A DNA stretch of 64,000 bases from Diplonema japonicum. Taxonomy: Eukaryota > Protista > Euglenozoa: Diplonemea. A model generated the notes under the pieces. The model was not told where the DNA came from. It ran no database searches and saw only the letters and a list, made by a program, of their open reading frames with translations. Below are positions 41,351 through 52,897 of the stretch, piece after piece. Numbering within the stretch: the stretch's first letter is position 1; every line of letters begins with the position of its first letter. The stretch lies in contig OZ025661.1 in NCBI GenBank assembly GCA_964019335.1, positions 732,673-796,672 on the forward strand. The letters are read 5' to 3'. Made by a program: the position numbers and the translations under genes.

Positions 41351-41792
41351 CTGCAAGATTTTTTTTTTTTTTTTTTTCAAAATACCAATGCAGGGCCGCC
41401 ATGGAGAGCAACACCTGAGAAAAGGGAAAAAAAGGTGAAGGGAAACCATGGGGAAATAGGGAGGGCAAAGGACCAGGCTTCTGCAAGCAGGAGGAGCCCT
41501 GGTCCCCCACCAACCCGTGCTCTGCTTTGGGACAGCCGAAGAGGGCTGAATTACATTATTCCCTCAGTCAAGTGAGAGAAAAACGGGGGCCTACCTTCCA
41601 GCTGGATGTCCTTCTTTGGCTGGAACCTCCGGCGGAAAGCCCCCCAGGGAGGTATTGCTCCTATTGAGCGAATCATTGGTGAGTGTGAAAATAAAAAAAA
41701 AGGGGAAATGGGAAACAGTGAGAGGAAGGTGAAGGAAGGGAAAGGAAAGTGGAAAACACAACATTTCACTTTACACACACGCGGGCGATCCC

Positions 41793-44700
41793 TTAGCGCA
41801 GCACGGGGGCCGCGGGACCGGCGTCAAGAGAGACCGGAGGAGGGGGCGGCACGTTTGAAGGTGCAGTGACGTCTGTAGACGCCAGGGATGATGGCGAGGT
41901 GAACAGTCCGGAGCGTGACCAGGCGAGCAGGCCAGACTCAACAACGAGGTCGTAGATCTGGGTCACGCGTCTCGACAGGGAGAAGGCTAGGGAGGGAGTA
42001 CCAGCAGGAGTGTCGATCGCCCCCCTCCCGATCACAGGGCACCCACCGACAACATGCTCCCTGGACATCGGTGCTGCGTGGCAGGCTGGGCACCGGAGCA
42101 CACCCTTGTGCTTCCTGTTCGGGCCAGCAGTCTGCAGGAAGCCGAAGAAGAGAGCCGAGTGACCAATCCGCAGCCGCGAGATGACCGTTTCAGCTTGTCT
42201 GGGGAAGCCAAGGGGGAAGTGCGCAGACCGAAGCTCGGTCGCCACCGCGTAGTTGTGGGCGAGGGATGTTATGAGCTCCGCGGACCTCCGCACCACCCAC
42301 CGTCGCACCAGGGCCCTCACTGATCGGTAGTCAAGGGAGGGCCTGTCCTGCTTCCGCTTCGTTCCCTCCACGGCCAGAGCGTCAGCCTTCTCGTTCCCGT
42401 CCACCCCACAGTGGGAGGGCACAAACTGGAGGACCACCGGTGTCCCCTGCGTGCGCGCCGCGGACACCAGCCGGCTCCACGTCTGGTGGTCGAGCTTCTC
42501 CCTCTGTCGCGTTGGGCCAGCTCGCAGCTGCTCGACGAGGGAGAGGGAGTCGGTGCAGATCGACAGCGGGGACTTCGCCAGCGAAGGGTGTGTTTTTCGG
42601 AGGGTAGCCACCATATCCAGCGCCGTTTTCACAGCCATGCCCTCTGCCCGAAAAGATGAACAGAAGTCGTTGACGCCATGGCACACAGACACAGGGGTCA
42701 GGGGGGGAGGCAGCTGCAGATAAACCCCAGAGCCACCTTTCGCCTTCTGTCCGACCTGTACAACCGAGCCATCCGTGTAGGCATGGATGCCCGGGGGGAG
42801 AGCCGCAAGAGCAGCCTCGGCCGCCTTCCGCCTGTCCGCGTCTGGCGACGATCGCGTGACCCCGCCGGGGAGGTCAGTCCTGAAGTCGACCATGCCTGTC
42901 TGCCACGGGGCCGCCAGGGGCGTAGCCGACAGGTACTCGAAGTGCACCTTTGGTTCCAACCCGCATCGACGCAGTGCTTGGTAGCCAGAGCGCAGCCACC
43001 CACACCCCAGCCTGTTCGCCTGCTTCAGCTTGACCGTCTCCCTGTGAACCGGGGAAGACTGCCAGCAGAAGGCCTTCGCCGTCATCGTCGCCGCAGCACC
43101 CTCCGCCATTCTTTCGAGGGGAAGCAGTCCTGCCTCAGCTAGGAGCTTGTACCCTCCGGAGCCACTCCAGCAGCCCGTGATCAGCACCGCCGCCTCCTGG
43201 TGAAGCCCAGCCAGGTCCTTCCTCCCGACATCATCGAGCCTGCTGTAGTAGACCCCCATGCAGTAGCGCAGCAGCGGGAGGATGTACGTAACGTAGAGAG
43301 ACCGCAGAGTGTCCCTCTTGCTGCCCCAGGACGTGCCGGACAAGAGCTTCAGCACCCTCAGCCTTTTGCTGGCCCGCCGTAGGATGTCCTGTGCGTGTTC
43401 ACCGAACGTGAGCCCAGAGTCCACCGTAACCCCAAGGTACCTCGCGTGTTCAGATAGAGGCAGGGGACGGGCCGCAACGTAATCCACGTCGGGCCGTCGC
43501 ACGGCTGCATGCATGTCCCGCACGCAGCGGATCCGCACACCACCCGCCTCCACAACCTGAAGGCCCGCCAGCTCCTGGTCCCCGGAGATCGTGCCATCGG
43601 CGTTCACCCCCAGGCCGAAGAGTGGGTTCTGGAAGGCACCTGGCTGAAGGGGGACTCGTGACGAAGTGAAGTAGACCCCGAGACGTTTCTGGGGGGGGAC
43701 GCAGACTGCCTGCGTCTTGGACGTGCTCAGCAGCATGTCACGCTCCCTGCACCAGTCCTCAACCGCATCCACCACCGCCTGCGCCTTCCGCTCCAGCCCA
43801 GCCACGTCCCCTTGTCCAGAGGAGATCACAACCGCCACGTCGTCGGCGTAGAGCACCGAGACGTCCGCCAGTCCCTCCAGTCTCCTGGCGAGTTCGTCGA
43901 CGTAGATGGTGTACAGGATGGGACCCAAGACAGAGCCCTGGGGGACACCCCGTCGCACCTTCGTCGTCGACCCCCTCGACCGTCCAATCGTGACCGCAGC
44001 AGTACGGCCGCATAGAAAGGACCGCGTCCACTCCACGAAGGGTTCGGGGAGACCCTTCCCTCGCATCTTGTCCAGCAGGGCACCATGGGGCACCAGGTCG
44101 AAGGCAGAAGAGAAGTCGAACAGCAGAGCGGCCGAGAGACGTCGATCGTCTTTGTTCCTCGACATGCACTCAGTGAGGGTTGCCACCTGCTCCTCCGTGG
44201 AGCGGCCGCGTCTGAAACCAGCCTGGCTGTCGTGGAGTCCCTCGACTCCCGTCCCGTCCGCGTCAAGAAGAAACGTGAGCCTCTCCTCGATCATCCTCTC
44301 CAGCAGCTTGCAGAGGCAGCTGGTCAGGCAGATCGGCCGGTAGGAAGCCAAGAGAGTCGCATCTTTTCCAGGTTTCGGTACCGGGACGATCACTCCCTTC
44401 TTCCAGGCACCGGGGACGACACCCATCAGCCAGGAGCGATTGAGGAGTAGAAGGAGGACACTGAGGGAGTCCGTGTTCAGGTGTAGGAGCATCTCCGAGA
44501 AGATTCCGTCTTCCCCGGCCGCGCTGCGCGTCTTCATCCTTCTCAGGCCGCGGGTGAGGTCGTCCACGGTGAAGGCTTGACACCCGAGTCTGCTTGCAGA
44601 AGGAGCGGCGTCCTTCGAGTTCCCGTCACCACGCCTGCCGTAGAGCTTAGCGAAGTGCGCCCCCAGCCGGTCGGCCTTCGCCTTGTCCGACACAAATCTT

Positions 44701-46085
44701 CCCTCGAGTACAGGAAGGTGTGTCTTTCGGTGCCTGCCGTCCAGCTTCTTCACCGCTCTGAACGCAGCCCCGAGGTCCTTGCTCCGGCTGAGGTCGGCCG
44801 CCATCCTTCCCCATGCCTCACGCTTCGTCTCGTCAAGGAGTCGGTTGACTTCCTTCACCTTCGCCCTGTACTCCTCCACCACCACGTCCGCCTCTTGAAG
44901 CAGGAGTTCGCGCAGGGTGTTCCGCTCTTCGAAGGCGTCCTCGAGCTCAGCAGTCCACCAGGGGGTCGGGCCACGTCGCATCCCACAGAGGGGAATGTGG
45001 TCGTTCGCCGCAGTCAAAAGGGCTTGTGTAAACCCCTTCGTGACAGAGTCAATCGGAGCCGCCGTGTCAACACCAGCAAGCAGGCGGGCAACAGCAGCAG
45101 TGTAGTCATCCCATCTGGCTTTTTTGAAATTCCAGGTGGGGAAGGGGCGCTCCGAACGGTAGACGTCCTCAAGAGGCAGGTGAAAGGATACGGGACTATG
45201 ATCGGAGCCCCACGTGCCCAGCGTCTTCGGCTCAAGCTTCGCGCAGCGCCCCACAACCAGGTCCAGAACGTGTCGTGACGAGTCCCTCGTCGGTTCGTTG
45301 CGGTCGTTGTAGACGGAGTACCCGTGGGTGTCCAGCCAGTCCCTGACCACGTTCCCCCTCTCGTTCGGCGTCGTCACCGTGGCGTCCCAGGAGCTGTGGT
45401 GAGCATTGAAGTCACCCGCTATGACTGTGTTCTTCCCCATGGGAAGGCTGCCAGGCCGCAGGTACTCAGGGTCCCTCGTGCCTCTGCTCGCGCTTACCGG
45501 TGTAAGGTAAACGTTGGAGAGAGTGATCGGCTCACGCTTCTCGCAGGAGATCCTCACATCCAGTCTCTCAGTGACACAGTCCCCAGCCGGGAGTACGTGC
45601 GGAACCTCCTCCGAGGCAAGATCGTCGCGGACATACGTGACAATACCACCACCCCTCGTCGCAGTGCCGTCAGTCACCGGTGTCAACCGATCCCTCCTGT
45701 ATGACCTGTACCCAGGCAGGTGTGGCGTGTCGTGCCCTTCCCTCAGGTGCGTCTCCTGTATCATGATGATGTCCAGCGACAAGAAGTCAGCATGGCGAGA
45801 TACGACGGTCCATTTCGCAACGAGGCCGTTGCAGTTCCACGAGACAACCTTGAGACCCTTAGGCGACGGGGGCGGCAGCTTCTTGGGTGGGCCAGGGTTT
45901 GTTTCGACCAGCCCAAGCAGCCCCAACAGGTCCCTGACGGACATCCTCCCGAGTAGGGTGGGGATCAGTGCAGAGAAGTCGGTGAAGAAACAGAGAGGTA
46001 GGAGTCTCCTTGGGAGGATGCGAGGGAGACTAGGAGAGGGAGCATGGTCGTGGATCTGCTGCTCCCCCTGTTCTGCGGGGCCCCT
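41793..46085 (-). CDS. Family B2 ORF2: 2A-like-APE-RT-RNase H-CCHC (first ATG at 45944; frame open back to the ORF1 UGA)
   Basis: Same motifs as B1; 1383 aa from the ATG. Confidence 0.95.
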   Translation of the reverse strand, partial: RGPAEQGEQQIHDHAPSPSLPRILPRRLLPLCFFTDFSALIPTLLGRMSVRDLLGLLGLVETNPGPPKKLPPPSPKGLKVVSWNCNGLVAKWTVVSRHADFLSLDIIMIQETHLREGHDTPHLPGYRSYRRDRLTPVTDGTATRGGGIVTYVRDDLASEEVPHVLPAGDCVTERLDVRISCEKREPITLSNVYLTPVSASRGTRDPEYLRPGSLPMGKNTVIAGDFNAHHSSWDATVTTPNERGNVVRDWLDTHGYSVYNDRNEPTRDSSRHVLDLVVGRCAKLEPKTLGTWGSDHSPVSFHLPLEDVYRSERPFPTWNFKKARWDDYTAAVARLLAGVDTAAPIDSVTKGFTQALLTAANDHIPLCGMRRGPTPWWTAELEDAFEERNTLRELLLQEADVVVEEYRAKVKEVNRLLDETKREAWGRMAADLSRSKDLGAAFRAVKKLDGRHRKTHLPVLEGRFVSDKAKADRLGAHFAKLYGRRGDGNSKDAAPSASRLGCQAFTVDDLTRGLRRMKTRSAAGEDGIFSEMLLHLNTDSLSVLLLLLNRSWLMGVVPGAWKKGVIVPVPKPGKDATLLASYRPICLTSCLCKLLERMIEERLTFLLDADGTGVEGLHDSQAGFRRGRSTEEQVATLTECMSRNKDDRRLSAALLFDFSSAFDLVPHGALLDKMRGKGLPEPFVEWTRSFLCGRTAAVTIGRSRGSTTKVRRGVPQGSVLGPILYTIYVDELARRLEGLADVSVLYADDVAVVISSGQGDVAGLERKAQAVVDAVEDWCRERDMLLSTSKTQAVCVPPQKRLGVYFTSSRVPLQPGAFQNPLFGLGVNADGTISGDQELAGLQVVEAGGVRIRCVRDMHAAVRRPDVDYVAARPLPLSEHARYLGVTVDSGLTFGEHAQDILRRASKRLRVLKLLSGTSWGSKRDTLRSLYVTYILPLLRYCMGVYYSRLDDVGRKDLAGLHQEAAVLITGCWSGSGGYKLLAEAGLLPLERMAEGAAATMTAKAFCWQSSPVHRETVKLKQANRLGCGWLRSGYQALRRCGLEPKVHFEYLSATPLAAPWQTGMVDFRTDLPGGVTRSSPDADRRKAAEAALAALPPGIHAYTDGSVVQVGQKAKGGSGVYLQLPPPLTPVSVCHGVNDFCSSFRAEGMAVKTALDMVATLRKTHPSLAKSPLSICTDSLSLVEQLRAGPTRQREKLDHQTWSRLVSAARTQGTPVVLQFVPSHCGVDGNEKADALAVEGTKRKQDRPSLDYRSVRALVRRWVVRRSAELITSLAHNYAVATELRSAHFPLGFPRQAETVISRLRIGHSALFFGFLQTAGPNRKHKGVLRCPACHAAPMSREHVVGGCPVIGRGAIDTPAGTPSLAFSLSRRVTQIYDLVVESGLLAWSRSGLFTSPSSLASTDVTAPSNVPPPPPVSLDAGPAAPVLR

Positions 46086-46913
46086 TCAATTGGATGGACC
46101 CATGGAGGCAGAGCGCCCCTTGACCCCATTGGTGAAGAGATCTTTGGTCTCCGCGAACGACCTGGCCCGCCCCCTCGTACCCAGGTTCGTCACCGCAGCC
46201 TCAGAGGTCGTAGCGAGAGGAGGAGCCCCCTTCTTCCCCTTCCCCTTCCCTTTCCAGACACTGTCGTGTGTCGTCGTCACCCCCGGTGTAGGGTCCCGCG
46301 GCACTGCCGTTCCCGTCGTCAGCGTGGCCGCCTGCGGCAGGAGGAGGCGGAGCGTCGTCCGCAGATCGGAGATCATCTCCTGCTGAGAGTCGATCGTCCT
46401 CTGCAGCCCGACGATCGACTCCTTCAGCGTGGCGACGAGCTCAGTGAGAGCGGCGACCTCAGGCGACCCGGAAGGGACCCCCTCCTTGTTTCCCGCAGAC
46501 ACGTTGCGGGGCGGTGTAGGGGACGTCACAGTGTCGAGCTGGGGGGGAGCCACCGAGCTCGGTATGGACGCCCACGGGCTGGTGGGAGGAAGCCCAGTTG
46601 CTTTCACCGCAGGGCCAGTCTCCGAGGGTGTCGACGCCGATACAGGTGCCGGGTCAGGTACAGGTGTAGGCGCAGGTGCAGGTACATGAGAAGATGTGGG
46701 TGCCGGGGTCGAGGACGTTGCAAGCGCAGGTGCAGATGCAGGTGTCGTCCTGTTGATGAGAGGGGGCGGCTTGACGGTCGGGTGGTCGTCCGCATCACGG
46801 AGGCAGACAAGGCGCCCCCCAAGGAGCCACGTCCTGGACTTCGGGGGCGGGCTGTCGACGACGATGAAGAACACGAGTTGCCTCGTGCCCTGGAACATCG
46901 TCTGCGTGCGCCG
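46086..46913 (-). CDS. Family B2 ORF1, C-terminal part
   Basis: Homologous to B1 ORF1 (RR..T.FQGTRQLVFFIV..PPPK.RTWL). Ends AAT TGA. Confidence 0.8.
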   Translation of the reverse strand, partial: RRTQTMFQGTRQLVFFIVVDSPPPKSRTWLLGGRLVCLRDADDHPTVKPPPLINRTTPASAPALATSSTPAPTSSHVPAPAPTPVPDPAPVSASTPSETGPAVKATGLPPTSPWASIPSSVAPPQLDTVTSPTPPRNVSAGNKEGVPSGSPEVAALTELVATLKESIVGLQRTIDSQQEMISDLRTTLRLLLPQAATLTTGTAVPRDPTPGVTTTHDSVWKGKGKGKKGAPPLATTSEAAVTNLGTRGRARSFAETKDLFTNGVKGRSASMGPSN

Positions 46914-46927
46914 CCTGCAAGATTTTT

Positions 46928-49146
46928 TTTTTTTTTTTTTTTCAAAATACCAATGCAGGGCCGCCATGGAGAGCAACACCTGAGAAAAGGGGAAAAAAAG
47001 GTGAAGGGAAACCATGGGGAAATAGGGAGGGCAAAGGACCAGGCTTCTGCAAGCAGGAGGAGCCCTGGTCCCCCACCAACCCGTGCTCTGCTTTGGGACA
47101 GCCGAAGAGGGCTGAATTACATTATTCCCTCAGTCAAGTGAGAGAAAAACGGGGGCCTACCTTCCAGCTGGATGTCCTTCTTTGGCTGGAACCTCCGGCG
47201 GAAAGCCCCCCAGGGAGGTATTGCTCCTATTGAGCGAATCATTGGTGAGTGTGAAAATAAAAAAAAAGGGGAAATGGGAAACAGTGAGAGGAAGGTGAAG
47301 GAAGGGAAAGGAAAGTGGAAAACACAACATTTCACTTTACACACACGCGGGCGATCCCTTAGCGCAGCACGGGGGCCGCGGGACCGGCGTCAAGAGAGAC
47401 CGGAGGAGGGGGCGGCACGTTTGAAGGTGCAGTGACGTCTGTAGACGCCAGGGATGATGGCGAGGTGAACAGTCCGGAGCGTGACCAGGCGAGCAGGCCA
47501 GACTCAACAACGAGGTCGTAGATCTGGGTCACGCGTCTCGACAGGGAGAAGGCTAGGGAGGGAGTACCAGCAGGAGTGTCGATCGCCCCCCTCCCGATCA
47601 CAGGGCACCCACCGACAACATGCTCCCTGGACATCGGTGCTGCGTGGCAGGCTGGGCACCGGAGCACACCCTTGTGCTTCCTGTTCGGGCCAGCAGTCTG
47701 CAGGAAGCCGAAGAAGAGAGCCGAGTGACCAATCCGCAGCCGCGAGATGACCGTTTCAGCTTGTCTGGGGAAGTCAAGGGGGAAGTGCGCGGACCGAAGC
47801 TCGGTCGCCACCGCGTAGTTGTGGGCGAGGGATGTTATGAGCTCCGCGGACCTCCGCACCACCCACCGTCGCACCAGGGCCCTCACTGATCGGTAGTCAA
47901 GGGAGGGCCTGTCCTGCTTCCGCTTCGTTCCCTCCCAGGCCAGAGCGTCAGCCTTCTCGTTCCCGTCCACCCCACAGTGGGAGGGCACAAACTGGAGGAC
48001 CACCGGTGTCCCCTGCGTGCGCGCCGCGGACACCAGCCGGCTCCACGTCTGGTGGTCGAGCTTCTCCCTCTGTCGCGTTGGGCCAGCTCGCAGCTGCTCG
48101 ACGAGGGAGAGGGAGTCGGTGCAGATCGACAGCGGGGACTTCGCCAGCGAAGGGTGTGTTTTTCGGAGGGTAGCCACCATATCCAGCGCCGTTTTCACAG
48201 CCATGCCCTCTGCCCGAAAAGATGAACAGAAGTCGTTGACGCCATGGCACATAGACACAGGGGTCAGGGGGGGAGGCAGCTGCAGATAAACCCCAGAGCC
48301 ACCTTTCGCCTTCTGTCCGACCTGTACAACCGAGCCATCCGTGTAGGCATGGATGCCCGGGGGGAGAGCCGCAAGAGCAGCCTCGGCCGCCTTCCGCCTG
48401 TCCGCGTCTGGCGACGATCGCGTGACCCCGCCGGGGAGGTCAGCCCTGAAGTCGACCATGCCTGTCTGCCACGGGGCCGCCAGGGGCGTAGCCGACAGGT
48501 ACTCGAAGTGCACCTTTGGTTCCAACCCGCATCGACGCAGTGCTTGGTAGCCAGAGCGCAGCCACCCACACCCCAGCCTGTTCGCCTGCTTCAGCTTGAC
48601 CGTCTCCCTGTGAACCGGGGAAGACTGCCAGCAGAAGGCCTTCGCCGTCATCGTCGCCGCAGCACCCTCCGCCATTCTTTCGAGGGGAAGCAGTCCTGCC
48701 TCTGCTAGGAGCTTGTACCCTCCGGAGCCACTCCAGCAGCCCGTGATCAGCACCGCCGCCTCCTGGTGAAGCCCAGCCAGGTCCTTCCTCCCGACATCAT
48801 CGAGCCTGCTGTAGTAGACCCCCATGCAGTAGCGCAGCAGCGGGAGGATGTACGTAACGTAGAGAGACCGCAGAGTGTCCCGCTTGCTGCCCCAGGACGT
48901 GCCGGACAAGAGCTTCAGCACCCTCAGCCTTTTGCTGGCCCGCCGTAGGATGTCCTGTGCGTGTTCACCGAACGTGAGCCCAGAGTCCACCGTAACCCCA
49001 AGGTACCTCGCGTGTTCAGACAGAGGCAGGGGACGGGCCGCAACGTAATCCACGTCGGGCCGTCGCACGGCTGCATGCATGTCCCGCACGCAGCGGATCC
49101 GCACACCACCCGCCTCCACAACCTGAAGGCCCGCCAGCTCCTGGTC
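46928..49146 (-). mobile_element. Second family B2 copy, 5'-truncated (RNase H/CCHC/3' UTR)
   Basis: Nearly identical to 41364-43580 with a few SNPs. Bounded by CCTGCAAGATTTTT. Confidence 0.93.
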
Positions 49147-49160
49147 CCTGCAAGATTTTT

Positions 49161-49680
49161 CCAATAATAATAATAATAATTATTCCACTACCAGGCGGGG
49201 GGGGATGGGGGGTGGAGAAAGTTGAAACCATATTGGGAAGGGAAGGTTAAAAACAGTCTCTCTTACTGAGCCATATCGGGGGGAACCTCTTGCTCGTTTG
49301 CTCGACCTCTTGTATATTTTCCTGGGCCCCCGACATCCACCTTTCTTATTTTTTCCCCATTCCCACGCCACGCAGCTCTTGGGCCTCGAAGGCTTCGGCT
49401 GTCACCAAATAAAGACAACCCCAAATATTAAAGGACGGCGATGAGAGTCTGAGTAACCCCAAATATTAAAGGACGGCGATCAGAGTCTGAGCTGAGGAGG
49501 AGCGTGCCTTGGTCTGTTGACGCGTTGGCGGAAGCGTTCGCGACTGCTTCGTCCTCGACCTTCTGGGCATCTGCCTCCTTGGCGGCCGCCAACGTCAAAG
49601 CTTCCTCCTTTTTGGCAGCGGCCTCCCTCTCCGTTGCGGCAGCGGCTGCGGTTGCTGCGACCTTCTTCTTCTCCTTTTAA
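49161..49680 (-). mobile_element. Truncated/chimeric (TAT)n-tailed element plus probable ORF1 fragment
   Basis: 49161-49446 is the reverse complement of about 40667-40950, followed by a ~38-bp junction duplication. The minus frame KEKKKVAATAAAAATEREAAAKKEE...LLLSSDSD resembles the B1 ORF1 N-terminus. Confidence 0.65.
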
Positions 49681-49716
49681 GTAAACAAACACCAACACAT
49701 TTTTTCTAAAACAGGA

Positions 49717-51385
49717 ATGAAAATAAGAAAGGGTGCAACGATGACGGACGTTGTGAATAATTTGTCCCTAGTCCAAGGTCTGCTGGACGAGGTGAAGAAC
49801 GCGCAGCAGGAACGGATCAAAATATTGAAGGAAAGCAGCGAAAAGGGAAGGGCTAAGCGAGCCAGCGCAGCGGTGGAAACAGGTGTGATCGAGCTTGCAA
49901 GGTCCGCGGGTGTGGAGGCGGCGATGACACAAATATTCGACGTATTGCTTAGATTCGGAGAAGACCAAGTGGGCAGCGCCATCGAATGTTGGTTACAACA
50001 CGCTCCAGAGCTTGTAAGGAAATGCGTTTATACAAATGCCCCTGTTCCGGAAGCTCTTCCGACTCTAACTTACCCGCTCCCGGAAGGGTACCTGGCTGGG
50101 AAAAAACCGACTCTTGTGAAAACCACCGAAAAAGTACCCCCTGCAAGACCAACGATGACCTTGCAGATTCCGTATTTTAACCAGTTCTTACCTCACGCAT
50201 CGGCACAAAAGGAACCGGAGAAGGAGAAGGAGAAAGAGCCGGAACCCGATCCGGAGCCTTCCGTCCCCGCGCCAACCGGAGCTACGAACCGGGCTGTGAA
50301 CCGGTTCAAACAGCGTGCGAGGCTGCGGGAGGAGCTGGTGCAGAACTTTTACAACACCCTTCAGGAAACCGTGAAGGATTTTCGGCCGCCGGAGGGTGAC
50401 GACGGGGTCACCCCCATCGGTAAAGGCTCCCACGCACAGATCTTCAAAGTGACCCCCAAAACCGGACAAGTCTTCGCGAGAAAAATCGTCAAGATCACAG
50501 GGGATAAAAGCGTTTTTTCCACAACCGAAGAGCTAAAAGACAGGATCCAGAAACTCGAACTGGAGATCTTTGTCTCGACGCTTGACTGCCCTTACCTGTT
50601 GAAAAGCCTTCGCATCGGTGGCGTGATGTACCGAGAAGTGTACATCGATCTACCATTGATGGACTGTGACTTGCGAAAGTTGCTTCAACTGTGCGCCACC
50701 CCTGTGTCGGAGCCCGTTGTCGGGATGGTGATGGTTCAAGTTGTGGCTGCGTTGGTTTTTTTGCATTCCAAGGAGGGGAAACCCAGCAAAGGCCGTGTCA
50801 TTCACAGGGACATCAAACCTGATAATATTCTTGTCAACCGCAAGGGTGAGGTCCGCCTGATTGACTTTGGGGTTGCAAAGAGCATCTCGTCTACACCCGA
50901 CCGGCACACCTTCGCTGTAGGTAACCTTCACTACATGGCACCAGAGATGATGAATCCCAATTATGACGGTAAGTATAGCACGCCAGTGGACTTGTGGTCA
51001 GTTGGGATGATCATCTTCCACATGATCGCAGGGCGGTACCCCATGCCATACAGCGAGCACACTCTGTGCCAAAAGATCATGACCTTCGACTGGAACAACC
51101 CTTCGGACTGGAAGAAACCTGCCACTGCCTCCGAGGATGTTCTTGGTATAGAATGGGGAGGGGAGGAAGGGAGGGGAAAACGCAAATTTTAACAGACTTT
51201 ATCGAAAAGCTCCTCTCCACAGACCCCGATGCGCGAGTCACCGCAGAAGAGGCTCTGCGACACCCGTTCCTCATTCACTCTCAGAACGTATGGATAGGTG
51301 GGAGGGGGGGGGGGGGGGGGGAAATAATCAGGAATCGGACAAATCGCTCATTGACTGGATTGACAAGTGCCTCGAAGCACGCTGA
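49717..51385 (+). CDS. STE7/MAP2K-like Ser/Thr kinase (2 introns near the 3' end; start uncertain)
   Basis: IGKGSHAQIFK, ARK, VIHRDIKPDNILVN, DFGV, YMAPE, DLWSVG. Splicing from about 51147 and about 51288 gives DFIEKLL..DPDARVTAEEALRHPF..LIDWI, ending at TGA 51385. Confidence 0.85.
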
Positions 51386-51630
51386 GTCAATAATAATGGA
51401 GGGCATTCGTTGGGGTTTTTTTATTTTTTCCTCTTCTTTTAAGAAGAGGAGGTGGGGGACTATGAGATGTATGTTTTTTTTTTTTTTTTTTTTTTCTTTT
51501 TTGGTAGAGCGGGTAAAAGAAAGAGGAAGAAGAAATTTTGAAAGAAGAAAAAAAAGAAGAAGAAAAACGTTCCACCTTTTTTTCTTCCCCCCCCCCTTTT
51601 TTTCATGAAATAAAAAAAAATCGTCAGTGG

Positions 51631-51668
<38 letters not shown>

Positions 51669-51671
<3 letters not shown>

Positions 51672-52897
51672 TCCGTACCCAAAAGTCCACCCCTTGTTCC
51701 TTCAAGGCTCTCAGCGACCCCTGTAAGAACTGTTGAATCGATCGCAGACCAGTATGAACTCGGAGCGGTTCTCGGCGAGGGAAAGTTCGGAAAGGTGGTC
51801 CAAGGGGTTCACAAGGAAACCGGAAAGGTGCGGGCGATAAAAGTAGTGAAAACCGAGAGCCTCGACGAGAGGGCAAGCGAAGGCTTGGCACACGAGAGGG
51901 AGATCTTGAGGAGGGTAAAACACGCGAATATAATAGAACTCCACGAAGTGGTCGTCACCGGGACGGAGATATGCCTCACAATGGAGAAGCTGGACTACGA
52001 TCTCTACGAGTACATCAAACAGTTCAAACAACCGATGAAAGGCCTTCCGGAAACCGATGCAAGGTCAATAACCTCACAACTCCTGTCCGCGGTGGGCCAC
52101 CTCCACGACAACGGCATCGTCCACAGAGACATAAAACCCGAGAACATCCTCTTGAACAACCCGGGCGAGGTCCGTCTTGCCGACTTTGGCCTTGCAAAGG
52201 TCGCGACCACTACTAGCACCCCAGTCGGCACTTCTTACTACATGGCACCTGAAATCGTACGAGCTATTGAAATCCTAGGACACACCGCAAAGCGCGCCAC
52301 CAGCATCGACGAGGTGAAGTATGTCGACATGTGGTCTTCAGGGTGTGTTCTGTACATTCTCCTGTCAGGAAGACCTCCGTTCCTCGGCGGTGTCAGCGAC
52401 CGTGCAAAAAGAATGAACCTGCTCAGACAGATAAACCGCGGCGTGATGTTCCCTACCGAACGGTGGTCTGGAACCTCTGTGTCGGCTCAGTCCCTGGTTC
52501 GATCGCTTTTAGACCAGGAAATCACTGACCGGCTGACAGTCCGGCAGGCTCTGAACCATGATTGGTTCAAGATCGATGGGGAACCCACATCGCAAGGGGA
52601 AAGCAGCCCCGACGCTGTCGTTACACCAGACGAGACAGAGGACCCCACAAAGGCCGAGGTCTCGGAGCACCTTACCACAATGCAAAATGAAGTAGCACGG
52701 GAGCTTGGGGAGCTGGACATGGACGGTACAATGCCCTCCATTAATATTCCGGCACTGAGCACACGTATGTAGAGGGTAGAAGGGGGAAAAAAAAAGAAAA
52801 ATCAGGTAAACCAATCAAACTCCCTCCAAAACCATCGCCCAAAATGGTGCGTCCTAGACCCGTTGCTGCCCCTGATGCTGCAGCGTCTGGGAAATGA
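51669..52897 (+). CDS. CAMK-group Ser/Thr kinase (intron 52765-52805)
   Basis: LGEGKFGKV, AIK, HRDIKPENILL, DFGLAK, YMAPE, DMWSSG..LYILLSGRPPF. Confidence 0.9.

Larger units (their letters stand above)
41364..46913 (-). mobile_element. Non-LTR retrotransposon family B2, truncated within ORF1, poly(A) tail
   Basis: Intact ORF2 and partial ORF1, bounded by CCTGCAAGATTTTT at 41350 and 46914. Confidence 0.93.

Noticed and set aside
46928-49146. Assembly duplication of the neighbouring B2 copy
   Set aside because: It has its own SNPs, a distinct 5' truncation point and its own target duplication, so it looks like an independent insertion.
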